A DNA stretch of 51,360 nucleotides from Balneolaceae bacterium (lineage in GTDB: Bacteria; Bacteroidota; Rhodothermia; Balneolales; Balneolaceae): NCBI GenBank assembly GCA_021767245.1, contig JAASTO010000001.1, forward strand, positions 1-51,360, written 5' to 3'. Position 1 is the first letter of the stretch; every line of letters begins with the position of its first letter. Made by a program: the position numbers and the translations under genes. The notes under the pieces were generated by a model that made no database searches, was not told the DNA's origin, and was given only the letters and a program-made list of their open reading frames with translations. This document shows, one piece after another, positions 35,941 to 45,335 of this stretch.

Positions 35941-38277
35941 ATGAATTCGAGGATATCCAACATTTTCATTTTCGCGGTAATGTCAGTTTTGCTAACCGCT
36001 TGCTCTTTTAACACTGAGAAAGTCACCGAAGAGGATTATTTAAGAGCAGAACGGGCTCTCTCTTCTTACACTTCCGATCTTGTTTATAACACCATTTCAG
36101 GTCAACGGTGGACTGATGATGACGTGCTCCTGTACCAGCATGCGCTTAAAGAGGGAACTGAGTTTATGAAAGCAGACCCTGCGTCCGGTACTGCAGAGCG
36201 CGCGTTCGATCATGACCGACTCGCTAAAGTATTGTCCGGTATTCTGGATGAGGACATGAAGCCACTGGACCTTCCTTTCCGAACGTTCGATTATGTGGAT
36301 GGCCGACAATCCATTAGCTTTTCAGCAAAAGGAGAAACCTTTACCTGTGATCTCAGCGATTATGAATGTACCTCAAATGGGGATGTAAATGGGCGTAAAT
36401 GGAATGAATCTGTATCTCCGGATGGCACTAAAGCCGTTTTCATTCAGAATCATAACCTTTATATGAGAGATCTTGAAACCGGGAGGGTCACTCAACTGAC
36501 TTACGATGGCGAAGAAAACTTTGGGTATGCTACCAATAACGCCGGGTGGGTAAAAAGAGACAGCCCGGTGGTTTTGTGGTCACCTGACTCAAAACGTATT
36601 TCAACTTTCAAACAGGATGCCCGTGGAGTCAAGGATATGTACCTGGCATCCACCAAAGTTGGCCACCCTGAATTAGAGACCTGGAAATACCCACTTCCCG
36701 GCGATAGCCTCATCTTTCGTTTGAATCGCGTGGTGATCAACCTTGAGCCTTCACCTAAAGTGGTACCTCTTCAGAAAAGTCCGGATCCCCAAAGGTCAAC
36801 TATCACAGATCATGTGGCCGATTGGTCCGGAAAATTCCTGGATAATGAGTGGAGTGAGGACAGTAATATGCTCGCCTTTGTATCCGTTTCCAGAGATCAT
36901 CAGGATGCAGAACTCTTTGTGGCAAATCCCAATACCGGTTCAGTCAGGTCTGTGTATCGAGAAGAAACGGACACTTTCTTTGAATCGGGAGTGGATGGCA
37001 TCAGCTGGAGATTACTGGAAAACACCAATGAATTTATTTGGTTCTCTCAGCGCGATAACTGGGGACACCTGTACCTCTATGATCTTGAAACCGGAGATCT
37101 GAAAAATCAGATCACTTCCGGAAACTGGACCGTCCTCGAAGTCTTAAAAGTAGATGAAGATGACCGCACGATATATTTCACCGGTGGCGGTCGCGATGGT
37201 GAAGACCCATACTTCAATTACCTGTATAGCATTAATTTTGACGGCTCGGGGCTTAAACTCTTAACGCCGGAGATCGCTCATCATCAAGTAAATATATCTG
37301 AATCGGGTAACTATTTTGTGGATACCTATTCTACGCCAAACACTCCCCCTGTTTCCATTTTAAGAACAATGGATGGAGAGATCATTACCCAACTGGCGGA
37401 AGCCGACATCACCGACCTGCAAGCGGCCGGTTGGGTTGCTCCTGAACCTTTTAGCGTTAAAGCCCGCGATGGACAAACCGACCTATATGGGCTCCTGTAC
37501 AAACCATCCAACTTCAATTCCTCAAAGTCATATCCGGTACTAAATTATTTGTATCCCGGACCCCAATCCGGCAGTGTTGGAAGTCGTGCATTTAGAACCT
37601 CTCGTTCAGACAAACAGGCACTGGCTGAACTTGGATTTATTGTAGTGGAAGTGGATGCTCAGGGTACTCCCGGCCGTTCCAAGGCATTCCATGATTTTTA
37701 CTATGGAAACATGGGTGACAACGGCATTCCGGATCAGATCGCTATGATCCGTGAGCTTGGTAGCCGTTATTCATGGATGGATACATCACGTGTCGGTATC
37801 TTTGGACACTCAGGCGGTGGATTTGCATCAACGCGTGCAATACTTGCTTATCCTGATTTCTACGATGTGGCCGTATCCGGTGCCGGAAACCATGATAACC
37901 GCAATTATTCCGATGCATGGGGCGAAAAATGGCAGGGACTGCTGAAAGGCACCAATAACGATGGAGTAGCTGACGATCAGGCGACCAACTACGACAACCA
38001 GGCTAATCAGCTTTTGGCTGAGAACCTAAAAGGTAAACTATTGATCACGCATGGCACTCTCGACAGTAACGTACCGCCGTACAATACTTTACTGGTTGTA
38101 AATGCTTTAATAGAGGCCAACAAAGACTTTGATATGATCATGTTACCAAACCGGGGGCACGGGTACTACAGCGAAGACTATATGATGCGCAAGCGTTGGG
38201 ATTACTTTGTGAAACACCTGAAGCATGTGGATCCGCCAAAAGAGTTTGAGTTTGGTCAACAAAAGGATACCGAATAA
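35941..38277 (+). CDS. S9B dipeptidyl-peptidase IV-like lipoprotein
   Basis: Lipobox LTA|C, propeller repeats (SPDG, WSPDS), YPGPQ, GHSGGG, HGTLDSNV, NRGH. Confidence 0.93.
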   Translation: MNSRISNIFIFAVMSVLLTACSFNTEKVTEEDYLRAERALSSYTSDLVYNTISGQRWTDDDVLLYQHALKEGTEFMKADPASGTAERAFDHDRLAKVLSGILDEDMKPLDLPFRTFDYVDGRQSISFSAKGETFTCDLSDYECTSNGDVNGRKWNESVSPDGTKAVFIQNHNLYMRDLETGRVTQLTYDGEENFGYATNNAGWVKRDSPVVLWSPDSKRISTFKQDARGVKDMYLASTKVGHPELETWKYPLPGDSLIFRLNRVVINLEPSPKVVPLQKSPDPQRSTITDHVADWSGKFLDNEWSEDSNMLAFVSVSRDHQDAELFVANPNTGSVRSVYREETDTFFESGVDGISWRLLENTNEFIWFSQRDNWGHLYLYDLETGDLKNQITSGNWTVLEVLKVDEDDRTIYFTGGGRDGEDPYFNYLYSINFDGSGLKLLTPEIAHHQVNISESGNYFVDTYSTPNTPPVSILRTMDGEIITQLAEADITDLQAAGWVAPEPFSVKARDGQTDLYGLLYKPSNFNSSKSYPVLNYLYPGPQSGSVGSRAFRTSRSDKQALAELGFIVVEVDAQGTPGRSKAFHDFYYGNMGDNGIPDQIAMIRELGSRYSWMDTSRVGIFGHSGGGFASTRAILAYPDFYDVAVSGAGNHDNRNYSDAWGEKWQGLLKGTNNDGVADDQATNYDNQANQLLAENLKGKLLITHGTLDSNVPPYNTLLVVNALIEANKDFDMIMLPNRGHGYYSEDYMMRKRWDYFVKHLKHVDPPKEFEFGQQKDTE

Positions 38278-38287
38278 GAACTTTTCT

Positions 38288-38653
38288 ATGACATCTTCAG
38301 AATTTAAGATAAGTGATAATGCTCCCCAGAATCTGCAGGACCTCTATGAGGAAGCCGCTGCCTGTTTACAGCATGGATTCTTCACGGGAGCATCAGCTTG
38401 TCTTCTCTTATTGAATACTGAGCTGGCTGAACTGATGGAAATTTTTGGTGAAAATCGTGAAGAACGCATTCATGCCCTGCGCGATAACACCAATGCAGAA
38501 TCTCAACTTTTCGATTCACTCCTATCATTAAAAAGATATGATAACGAGGAAACGGAAAGCTTGTCCTACGATGGCTGGAGCAATAATCAACTACGCCAGA
38601 TGCTTAAGATCTATTCTGAGATCATAGAGGAATATTACCCTAACTCGGTGTAG
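38288..38653 (+). CDS. Hypothetical protein, degenerate DUF4145/HEPN-like
   Basis: Likely ATG at 38288; P..LQDLYEEAAACL..G..TGASACL resembles the start of DUF4145. Confidence 0.5.
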   Translation: MTSSEFKISDNAPQNLQDLYEEAAACLQHGFFTGASACLLLLNTELAELMEIFGENREERIHALRDNTNAESQLFDSLLSLKRYDNEETESLSYDGWSNNQLRQMLKIYSEIIEEYYPNSV

Positions 38654-38683
38654 TATTCTCCTCATCAGACTGACATACACACA

Positions 38684-39199
38684 ATGAATATTGAATTTGT
38701 ACCGGTAACTCTTTCTGATATTACCCAACTTTCTGTATTAGCCCGTGAAACCTATTCAGAAACCTTTTCTGATATGAATAGTGCAGAAACGATGGCAACC
38801 TACCTCAATGAAGCATTCCACACAGAGCAACTCAATAAGGAAATATCAAATCCCGATTCATTGTTTTTGTTTTTGATGGTTGAAGGCCAAATTGCAGGAT
38901 ATCTGAAACTCAATGAAAATAAAGCGCAGTCTGAGTTTCAGGAACCGGATGGATTAGAGATCGAGCGTATTTATCTCAAAAAGGAATTTCAGGGTCATGG
39001 ATTGGGAAGTACGTTGTTGGATATAGCCATCGATATCGCTATAACTGATAACAAAAGTTATGTCTGGCTGGGTGTTTGGGAACATAATGACCATGCTATT
39101 GCATTCTACGAACACAAGGGATTTACAAGGACCGGATACCACTATTTTAATATGGGCTCCGAACGTCAGAAGGATTACATCATGCGAAAAGAGCTTTAG
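38684..39199 (+). CDS. GNAT N-acetyltransferase (PaiA-like)
   Basis: LEIERIYL, QGHGLG, VWLGVWEHN..AIAFYEHKGF. Confidence 0.9.
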   Translation: MNIEFVPVTLSDITQLSVLARETYSETFSDMNSAETMATYLNEAFHTEQLNKEISNPDSLFLFLMVEGQIAGYLKLNENKAQSEFQEPDGLEIERIYLKKEFQGHGLGSTLLDIAIDIAITDNKSYVWLGVWEHNDHAIAFYEHKGFTRTGYHYFNMGSERQKDYIMRKEL

Positions 39200-39355
39200 A
39201 TCTAACCTTTAATCGATGGTATAAAATCCAATATGATCCATAATCTAACCGACTAAATATTTAAGTAATAGTCACCTACTATACTCCTAAAATTTGTTTC
39301 ACACTACTGTTTACACCTAATAAGTTTTGAGATGATCAGGTTCAGTGAGCTTGAG

Positions 39356-39675
39356 GTCATAAAAGTTATTATGTTTACTGCAAAGGATCTTTCATTCGCA
39401 TCTAGTAACCCGTGTAGAGTTTGAGATCCCCCATCTCATCGGCAGACAGGCTCGATTTACAATGTATTTGCCTTAAATATTCATTATGCACTCTGTGTCA
39501 ACAACTTTCCGGTTTTGAACCAGGATTTGCAGGATCGTGACAGGATTTTTAGGAACCCTATGTTTGTATTTCGAAAATATATTCCCGTCCTTCAGGGCGG
39601 GATATAATTAGGTATAACAGATAAAACACAAGGCTTGGTGTCTGTTTAGCCAATCATGTTACTGCATGGTTAGGC
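39356..39675. repeat. Cluster of degenerate REP-like palindromic and short repeats
   Basis: GGATCT/AGATCC inverted pair (39385/39424), GGCAGACAGG (39441), CAGGAT x3 (39521, 39530, 39541), hairpin TCCCGTCC-TTCA-GGGCGGGA (39583-39602), TTTAGCCAA (39645). Confidence 0.5.
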
Positions 39676-39771
39676 AAAATGCTATTAAAGCATCAAAGCC
39701 AAAGCTTCGAAATACCATCCGGCCTTTACTTGTTTAAGGGCGAAGCTTCTTTATCTTGGTTACTGATCCCT

Positions 39772-40554
39772 ATGAAAAAACTCTTCATTGCTATTTGGTT
39801 ATTAATTCTTCCCTTGTATTCAGTGTTTGCCTGCTCGTGTGCGAATGTTGATCTTAATAACCGGTATTTAATATATGATTTTATAGGGGTTGTTGAAATT
39901 GAAGGGTTGTTCGACAACGAAGAAAACAAACGATTTTAAACAGCAAACCTAAGAGTAATAGAAACTTTTAAAGGAAGCCCTCCCGCTCAAATCAAAATTG
40001 GCGGTACAGTGAAAGAATCGTATAGCAGTCAATGCGAAGTACCTGTCAGAAAAGGAGAGAAATGGCTTATTTTTATTAATGAACCTTCAAACACATCATT
40101 TATACTTGGGCAATGCGATGGCCCGATCAGGATTTTGGATAAAAAAGGTAACCAAGGTCATAGATACGAAACCATTGAAAATTATATGGAACAGTTGCGG
40201 TTTTTCAGAGAGCACGCTCCAAATATTCACTCAGAGGAGATCATATCTATTGATCAGGTCATGCTATTTGAATTCCTGAAATCCTATGAAGGAAGATCCT
40301 TTGAACAGTCAAAGGCTCATTACCTGATCCATTTTAACACAGACCTTAAGGTTACACAGATCAAAGCATTAGATGGGTTTTCTGAAGCTACAGATGATCA
40401 GATCATGAATTTCCTATCGAAAGAAGCCGAATGGTACGCCGGTTATTTTAAAACTAATAATAAAACAACCATAGAGAGTGATACACAATTTATCTTCACT
40501 TTGTATCATAACTCAAAAGATAAAACGTTGAGTCACGTTTATCAGGAAAGATAG
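39772..40554 (+). pseudogene. Exported TIMP/NTR-like (CxC) protein interrupted by one in-frame TAA
   Basis: ORFs 39679-39939 and 40009-40554 are in the same frame; reading through TAA 39937-39939 gives MKKLFIAIWLLILPLYSVFA|CSC...KRF*TANLRVIETFKG...SQC...GEKWLIF. Confidence 0.8.
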
Positions 40555-40615
40555 TTCGGGCTATCAATTTACGCTTTAACTCAAGCTTACATAAAATTGA
40601 TACCTCAACTTTATC

Positions 40616-42118
40616 TTATGAAGTCTCCTTTTTGATCTTATTACTCCCCATTAATCTCTTTCTAAAGAACCAAACCAGGAACAAGGCAATACCAAACTGA
40701 ACAATTACTGTCATAACAGAGAACGGACTTAGTGGATTATACCAGGTATCCGGGGCATATTCAGCGGCAGAAAGGTACATCCACCATCCCAGCAGGGTTA
40801 CAACCTCAACCGGTACCACGTATTTGATAATGATCTCCCACCATTTACCGAGTGTGGCTGAACGTTCTTCTGTATTGATCAGCTCATCACGGAATTTTTT
40901 AGTGCCATATTGAATCACAGCATAAGATATGAGTGCCCCTGAAACCAGTAGACCAAGCCCCCAAACAAAATCCTGATTGGCAAAGAAGTCTAAGTTGAGT
41001 GCTGATGGCATCCCGAAACCAAATCCGGCCAGGCAAATCACAATAGTCGCTCTTTTTCTTACAGCACCCATATCCACGAATACCTTAACAGCCAGTTCGA
41101 TCATGGAGATCAGTGAACTGAAAGCAGCGAAGGTCAGTCCCAGGAAGAACAGGATAGCAAAGATACCGCCGCCTCCCATGGTGGCAAACAGCTGTGGCAT
41201 CCATATGAAGGTTAATCCGGTTGATGCCGGTCCTGAAGTTTTCATCACATCAAGGATCTCTCCACTGCCCATCGTTGGACTCAGCGTACCAAACACCGTA
41301 GAGAAAATGATAATAGCTGCGACCAGTGAGACTACGTTATTGCCAATACCTGTTTGAAAAGCACTGACGGTAACATCATCGCTTTTACGCATATAGGCCG
41401 CATAGGTCAGGATCAAACCCCACGCGGCTCCGGTATCCCAGGCATTTTGAGTCAAAGCTTCCAACCAGATACCCGGTTTTTTCAGGGTTGACCAATCCGG
41501 GGTAAACAGGTACTCAACACCAAGTCCACTCCCTTCCAACGAAAGGGCTTTAAAAAGGGAAATGACCAGAACCAGTAATAAGGATGGTATTAAAACTTTA
41601 TTCACTTTTTCGATGGAAGAGATTCCCTTTAGTACAATATATCCTCCCACTCCCATTACAAAAGCATGCCCAATGAGTGGCCAGTTTGAGCCCTGAAATC
41701 CTTCCCAGATGGCATTAGCCTGTTGAAGGTCGCCGGGCAGTGCCGTGGTGATTGAAGTAATAAGATAGTATAAACACCAGCTTGCCACTACGCTGTAATA
41801 AAACATGATGGCTGTGGCAACAAAGCCAACAAATCCGCCTAACCAGCCTCGTTTTTCACCGATGAGAGCTACAAATGAACCTACAACCCCTTTACGTCCA
41901 TGCCTACCCATTCCGTACTCTGCAATAATAAGCGGAATAGACCATAACAACAGAAAACAAACCCACGCAAATAAAAATGCACCTGCTCCATCTTCCCCAC
42001 CATTTTGAGCAGCAATTCGGGGAAAACGCCAAATATTTCCTGTTCCAACGGCTATTCCCAATACACTTAAGATCATCCCCATTTTTGATGAGAACCGTTC
42101 TTTCGATGATGTAGGCAT
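40616..42118 (-). CDS. Sodium-dependent transporter, NSS/SNF (LeuT-like) family
   Basis: AVGTGNIWRFP, NGG..GAGAF, FYYSVV, YLFTPDW, GLTFIWMP, FAAFSSLISM. Confidence 0.93.
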   Translation of the reverse strand: MPTSSKERFSSKMGMILSVLGIAVGTGNIWRFPRIAAQNGGEDGAGAFLFAWVCFLLLWSIPLIIAEYGMGRHGRKGVVGSFVALIGEKRGWLGGFVGFVATAIMFYYSVVASWCLYYLITSITTALPGDLQQANAIWEGFQGSNWPLIGHAFVMGVGGYIVLKGISSIEKVNKVLIPSLLLVLVISLFKALSLEGSGLGVEYLFTPDWSTLKKPGIWLEALTQNAWDTGAAWGLILTYAAYMRKSDDVTVSAFQTGIGNNVVSLVAAIIIFSTVFGTLSPTMGSGEILDVMKTSGPASTGLTFIWMPQLFATMGGGGIFAILFFLGLTFAAFSSLISMIELAVKVFVDMGAVRKRATIVICLAGFGFGMPSALNLDFFANQDFVWGLGLLVSGALISYAVIQYGTKKFRDELINTEERSATLGKWWEIIIKYVVPVEVVTLLGWWMYLSAAEYAPDTWYNPLSPFSVMTVIVQFGIALFLVWFFRKRLMGSNKIKKETS

Positions 42119-42294
42119 ATTAGTTTGATTTTCAGTTACAATACATAAACTTCAGGATCCGTTTTAGCTGCGAGATGTCTAAAATCTTATGTATCTTATT
42201 TTGATTAATATAAGGCTGTGCTTATCATTGCGAGCCAATCATAAAGTGTATTCAACAATATTCCAAAACCTTTTTGAGCCGTTAACCCTTTTTT

Positions 42295-45279
42295 ATGTTT
42301 TCAGATCACAAGACAACGAATAAGTACTTAGCACTCTTAGCATTCCTCGCCTCTCTGATCATTTACATACTGACACTGGCTCCAACTGCCAGTTTCTGGG
42401 ATGCAGGTGAGTTTATTGCGGTTGGCCACGGCCTTCAGGTTAACCACCCACCTGGAGCTCCCTTCTACTCACTTTTGGGAAGGATCTTTTCTATGTTTAT
42501 GCCAACGGCATATGTTGCAGTGAGCATTAACTTTATCAGTGCACTCTCTTCTGCCCTTACCATCATGTTGCTTTACCTTATTATCGTTCGTTTGGTTCGC
42601 GAATGGAAAGGTGAGCCGGATACCATGAATTTCTTTGATCAGATCGGTATGTATGGCGGTGCCTTCGTAGGCGCTATGACCTTTGCCGTTACTGACACTT
42701 TCTGGTTCAATGCAGTGGAAGCTGAGGTTTATGCCCTCTCTATGTTCTTTACGGCAATTGTGGTCTGGCTGGCACTGAAATGGGCTGAAAACTACGACAA
42801 AGACTATAATGAACGTTGGCTTGTCTTGATCGCTTACATGTTTGGGATCGCCATTGGTGTTCACTTGCTGAATCTACTTGCACTTTTCTTTGTGGCTCTT
42901 ATCGTCTATTTCAAGCTATATGAATTTGAGTGGAAGTCATTTTTGACGATGGGTGCTATTTCTGTGGTCTCATTTTTTGCGATCTATCCGTTCACCATCC
43001 AGAATATTCCGACCATAGCCAACGGAGTGGCTGAGGCTACCTACGGACTGATCGGTCCTATGACCTTTATCTTTCTCGTAATGATATTGGTTGCGATCGG
43101 CATCTATTACACCCATATCAAAAAGATGCACCTGGCTAACATTATTGCCATCAGTTATGCCATGATACTGATCGGGTTTTCTTCGTATTCAGTGATCATG
43201 ATCCGTTCCATTGCGGATCCCCCCATCGACGAAAATGACCCTGAAACCACTGAAGCGTTTATCAGTTACCTGAAAAGGGAACAGTATGGGGCCACACCGA
43301 TCCTGAAAGGGAATTATTATGATGAAAATACCGGACAGATCACCAGAGATGATGAAAAGCTGTTCCCACGGCGTTATTCCCCGGCTCCTAACCATATTGA
43401 TTATTATTCACGTTATAATTCTGACTGGGATTTCTTCTGGGATTATCAGGTCAACCACATGTATATCCGGTATTTCAACTGGAATTTTATTGGAAGATCT
43501 GCTGACATTCAGGATGCCGGTTGGCAATCCGGGTTCAGTGCCCCGGCATACCCCAGTAACAAAGCCAGTAACGCCTATTTCTTTATCCCATTCCTGCTCG
43601 GTCTGTTTGGTATGATCTATCATTTTAACTCAGACTGGAAACGGGCATTTGCGGTGCTCGCTTTATTCATAGTCACAGGGTTGGCGATCATTGTCTTCCT
43701 CAATCAAACCCCCTATCAGCCACGTGAGCGGGATTATGCTTACGTGGGTTCATTCTTTGCCTTCTCGATCTGGATCGGTTTGGGGGTGACCGGATTAGTG
43801 GAACTGGTCACCAACTCGATCAAAAACAGATGGGCCGGCATTGGTGTCTTGATGCTAACTTTACTGGCATCCCCTGTGTGGATGGGTTATCAGAACTGGG
43901 ATGACCACGACCGTAGTGGACGCTATGTTGCTCCTGATTATGCACGCAATCTGCTGGAATCAACTGCACCTAACTCCATCCTGTTTACCAATGGAGATAA
44001 CGATACTTTCCCTCTTTGGTATCTTCAGGAAGTTGAAGGCGTCAGAACGGACGTGCGTATCGTCTGTCTGAGTCTGCTGAATACTGACTGGTATATCAAA
44101 CAGTTACGCGATCAGTGGTCTCATGAATCTGCCCCACTTCCTATTTCACTGTCAGATGAGGAGATCGAGCGCGTTACTGCCGGACTTTCACAATGGCAGC
44201 CACAGCAGATACAGATCCCTGTTGATAAAGACATGCTTAAACAAGCTTTCTCTGATGACAGAACCTACAAGGAATCTATTGGGGTACCACAGGATACTTC
44301 CCTTCAGGTATTGAGAAAGGGAATTGATTTTGAAATGCCGGTCGATTCTCTGGATGACGTAATGAGTTGGCAGCTGGATGGACGTTTTTACGGACAGGAT
44401 CAGCAAGGTAACCGAATTTACTACCTGCAAACACAGGACCACCTGATCCTTGATATACTCAGAACCAATAACTGGCTGCGACCTGTTTATTTTGCCAATA
44501 CGGTTTCATCACAAAGTCAGCTGAATCTTCAGGACTATTTCAGAACCGAAGGGAAAGCTTACCGTGTGGTTCCCAAAAACTTTGGAGCCGGTCAAGATGG
44601 ATATATAGATACCAGGATATTCATTGATCGACTGAATAATTTCCAGTTTCGTGAGTGGAATAACCCGGATGTATATCTGGATGAGAACATCAGACGTATG
44701 ATGAGTAACTATCGATTCAATTTTATGTCACTGGCTATGAAATTCATGGAAAAAGGTGAGCCAGACAGTGCCGGTTACTGGCTCAAATGGGGTGAGGACA
44801 AGATCCCATTTAGAGCTGATGAGAACAACGAGTCTATCAAATTACTGTACTCTGTACGATATGCACAGGTTGGGCTCGGTGAGGATGCCGCAAGACTGGC
44901 AGACACTGCAGATGACGCACTGCTCAAAGACCTTGAAACCAGCCTTAATAATTTTGTTCGGGTTGAAACAAATTTCAACGAATTACGAACTGAATTTGAA
45001 AGTGCAAGAAGTCAGGGTAACATAAGCCGGCAGCGAGAAATTCGTTCAGAGTTAAATCGGTTAAATGAAGATGCCCAGGAATATCTCACGCAGGTCAGAA
45101 CGGTCAGACAATCCCTTATCCTTGTTCAATACGCCTATTATATGGCAGATGAAACGGAAAAAGCAGAACAGCTGGCCATGGACGTTGACACACTGATGGG
45201 ACCCGATTTCCCTGCTATGCCGGCATCGAAAGAAGAAAGTATTGCAGAGATTGACCGTTATGGATTAGGGATTGAATAG
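42295..45279 (+). CDS. DUF2723 / TMEM260-like GT-C membrane glycosyltransferase
   Basis: SFWDAGEF, HPPGAP, WFNAVEAEVYA, YLKREQYG, RERDYAYVGSF, FTNGDNDTFPLWY, SLLNTDWY; many TM helices and a large C-terminal soluble domain. Confidence 0.88.
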   Translation: MFSDHKTTNKYLALLAFLASLIIYILTLAPTASFWDAGEFIAVGHGLQVNHPPGAPFYSLLGRIFSMFMPTAYVAVSINFISALSSALTIMLLYLIIVRLVREWKGEPDTMNFFDQIGMYGGAFVGAMTFAVTDTFWFNAVEAEVYALSMFFTAIVVWLALKWAENYDKDYNERWLVLIAYMFGIAIGVHLLNLLALFFVALIVYFKLYEFEWKSFLTMGAISVVSFFAIYPFTIQNIPTIANGVAEATYGLIGPMTFIFLVMILVAIGIYYTHIKKMHLANIIAISYAMILIGFSSYSVIMIRSIADPPIDENDPETTEAFISYLKREQYGATPILKGNYYDENTGQITRDDEKLFPRRYSPAPNHIDYYSRYNSDWDFFWDYQVNHMYIRYFNWNFIGRSADIQDAGWQSGFSAPAYPSNKASNAYFFIPFLLGLFGMIYHFNSDWKRAFAVLALFIVTGLAIIVFLNQTPYQPRERDYAYVGSFFAFSIWIGLGVTGLVELVTNSIKNRWAGIGVLMLTLLASPVWMGYQNWDDHDRSGRYVAPDYARNLLESTAPNSILFTNGDNDTFPLWYLQEVEGVRTDVRIVCLSLLNTDWYIKQLRDQWSHESAPLPISLSDEEIERVTAGLSQWQPQQIQIPVDKDMLKQAFSDDRTYKESIGVPQDTSLQVLRKGIDFEMPVDSLDDVMSWQLDGRFYGQDQQGNRIYYLQTQDHLILDILRTNNWLRPVYFANTVSSQSQLNLQDYFRTEGKAYRVVPKNFGAGQDGYIDTRIFIDRLNNFQFREWNNPDVYLDENIRRMMSNYRFNFMSLAMKFMEKGEPDSAGYWLKWGEDKIPFRADENNESIKLLYSVRYAQVGLGEDAARLADTADDALLKDLETSLNNFVRVETNFNELRTEFESARSQGNISRQREIRSELNRLNEDAQEYLTQVRTVRQSLILVQYAYYMADETEKAEQLAMDVDTLMGPDFPAMPASKEESIAEIDRYGLGIE

Positions 45280-45335
45280 GCCAGTTTAATTATACACTAC
45301 GGTATGTTATATTTAAAGCATATTAACAAGCAGTT

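Noticed and set aside
39521-39555. CAGGAT repeats as a possible CRISPR or iteron array
   Set aside because: Units are 6 bp with 3-5 bp gaps, far too short for CRISPR; no cas or rep gene nearby.
39583-39602. GC-rich hairpin as an intrinsic terminator
   Set aside because: No U-tract on either side and about 380 nt from the nearest stop codon; better explained as a REP or IS-end-like relic.
39937-39939. Programmed readthrough or selenocysteine/pyrrolysine recoding of the internal stop
   Set aside because: The codon is TAA, not TGA or TAG, and TAA ends many genes in this window; a nonsense mutation or base-call error is simpler.
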